DNA of 63,281 nucleotides, the filler included, from Reclinomonas americana ATCC 50394 (lineage: Eukaryota), in NCBI GenBank assembly GCA_048213135.1. It is 46 parts of 46 records of this genome, joined end to end, with 100 filler letters (N's around TTAATTAATTAA, not from the genome) between each part and the next. Parts side by side here need not be neighbours in the genome. Positions count along the whole stretch, not along the records: positions 62,017 to 63,281 come from AFZH01025952.1; 45 more parts are not named here. One strand, written 5' to 3'. Numbering within the stretch: the first letter of the stretch is position 1; each line of letters begins with the position of its first letter. Shown in pieces: positions 62,017-63,281 of the stretch. The notes beneath the pieces are model-generated. The model was not told the DNA's origin. It did no database searches and was given only the letters and a program-made list of their open reading frames with translations. The translations under genes were made by a program, and so were the position numbers.

Positions 62017-62805
62017 CCGGAGCACCACATTGCCGGCGCGCCAGTGAAAGAACGCAGCTGACACGGTCGTCGGCACCATCTGCACCCGCACGAGCACACT
62101 CAGTTGGGGGAGGAGGGAAGCAAGTTTTGTAGGGAAAAAGGAATGACGCAACAGCCAGCAACGATGTGGCGACGGCGGCCTGCTGCGGCTGCTCATGCGC
62201 GCGCAACGCCGTGTAGGCCACCGACAGCGCCGGGGTCACCACAAGACCTCCGCCAATGCCCAACATGGCCGACGCAACACCGGCCACCACTCCCAGCGCG
62301 ACCGACAGCGCCACAGGCAGTCGCGGAGGACCAAACCACGGCGGCGTGGAGGTGGAAAGAGGAGGAGGAGGAGATGATGATGCTGGTGGTGGTGCGAGAA
62401 GCCGCGGTGCCCAGGTGAGTGGAATGGTGGCCAGCAGGAAGCAACCGAGCAGGGTGCCAGCCAGTCGCCCACCACTGGTGGAGGCCGGCAACCAGCGCAT
62501 GCCCAGTGGCACCGACAGCGCAGCACACACTCCAATCGTCGCCGCCGTGCTCACATCCACCACTGCCGAGCCCGGCGACGACAATGCAAAGAAGGACGCC
62601 GCTCCAGCCACGCTGCGCAAACACAATCAGCATGTTGCACCGTCCACCTTCGACAACGACTTTGTCTTACCAAGTGCCCATCACCGCCGTCACCGTCGTT
62701 CCCACCGCCTGCAATCGCACACGCTGTGCACTACTCTCCGCAGCGATCGACGACAGCACACGATGCAACAGCGGCACCGCCACAATGCCTCCACCGACGC
62801 CCTTC
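62017..62805 (-). CDS. TauE/SafE (TSUP) family membrane transporter, eukaryotic, multi-exon (intron 62080-62152)
   Basis: GVGGGIVAVPLL; GVVAGVASAMLGIGGGLVVTPAL...AVATSLLA|MVPTT...HWRAGNV. Confidence 0.85.
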
Positions 62806-63281
62806 ACACGAACAAGGAAAAAAGTCACCAACAACAAACAAGAAAACCCAGTGGATGCAGCATTTTTACTCAACTGCCAGTGAGCCAAACCCGCCCATCA
62901 CTCCGCCCACAAGCAGACTGACGCCCCACGCACGCCGATGCATTGTTGTTGTGGCGATAGAACGTCCTCTCGTCCCTTGTCCGTTTCCCGTCCGATATCA
63001 CATCACTCGCTCTCCGTGGCGAGTTTGTATCTGCGTGCCTGTGCTTGCCTGACACACACACACACGCACGTGTGCAAGGGTGCGTGCGACTGTGTGTTCT
63101 GCCGTTTGTTGTGCCTGCGTGCATTGCCTCAATTTTTCGCCCGTTGCAGCTCGGTTGAAACACTCGTTCTCACACTCACCGCAACAAGGAGACACGCACG
63201 AACGCACACACACACAAGCAGAGGTGACCGCCTGTCACTGCACGACTCATGAGTTACAGTGGTGAGTGTATGTGCGTGTGT

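Overview
This is not a contiguous locus. It is 46 unrelated short contigs (about 1.29 down to 1.27 kb, roughly sorted by length) joined by 100-nt artificial linkers (N44-TTAATTAATTAA-N44). About 42 contigs come from a GC-rich, compact, intron-rich microbial eukaryote. Its introns are mostly 60-85 nt GT-AG, (GA)n/(CA)n microsatellites sit at many contig ends, and a BBIP1 gene suggests it is flagellated. Four contigs are bacterial: three look actinobacterial and one looks alphaproteobacterial. Recognisable eukaryotic gene fragments are glycogen branching enzyme, a SNF2 helicase, a BEACH-type ConA domain, an IRAK/RLK-Pelle-like kinase, an NF1-like N-terminus, listerin LTN1, EF-hand, LRR, patatin-like, Hsp20, PARP6/8-like, PH, ARM and WD40 proteins, HSDL2, a divergent TFIIA-gamma, BDP1, a CCX/NCLX exchanger, steroid 5-alpha-reductase, NT5DC, SMC5, BBIP1, P450 and TauE. 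Two signals stand out. (1) A recurrent atypical 5' splice-site class, H|GTTGCG(T), occurs in at least 13 hand-reconstructed introns, always after a non-G exon base, which suggests routine shifted or bulged U1 recognition. (2) An intron-containing eukaryotic gene is built from phage tail-fibre-type motifs, and a second contig of long Gly/Ser/Thr/Val beta-repeats may be its shaft. All family calls come from motif recognition by eye; no searches were run.
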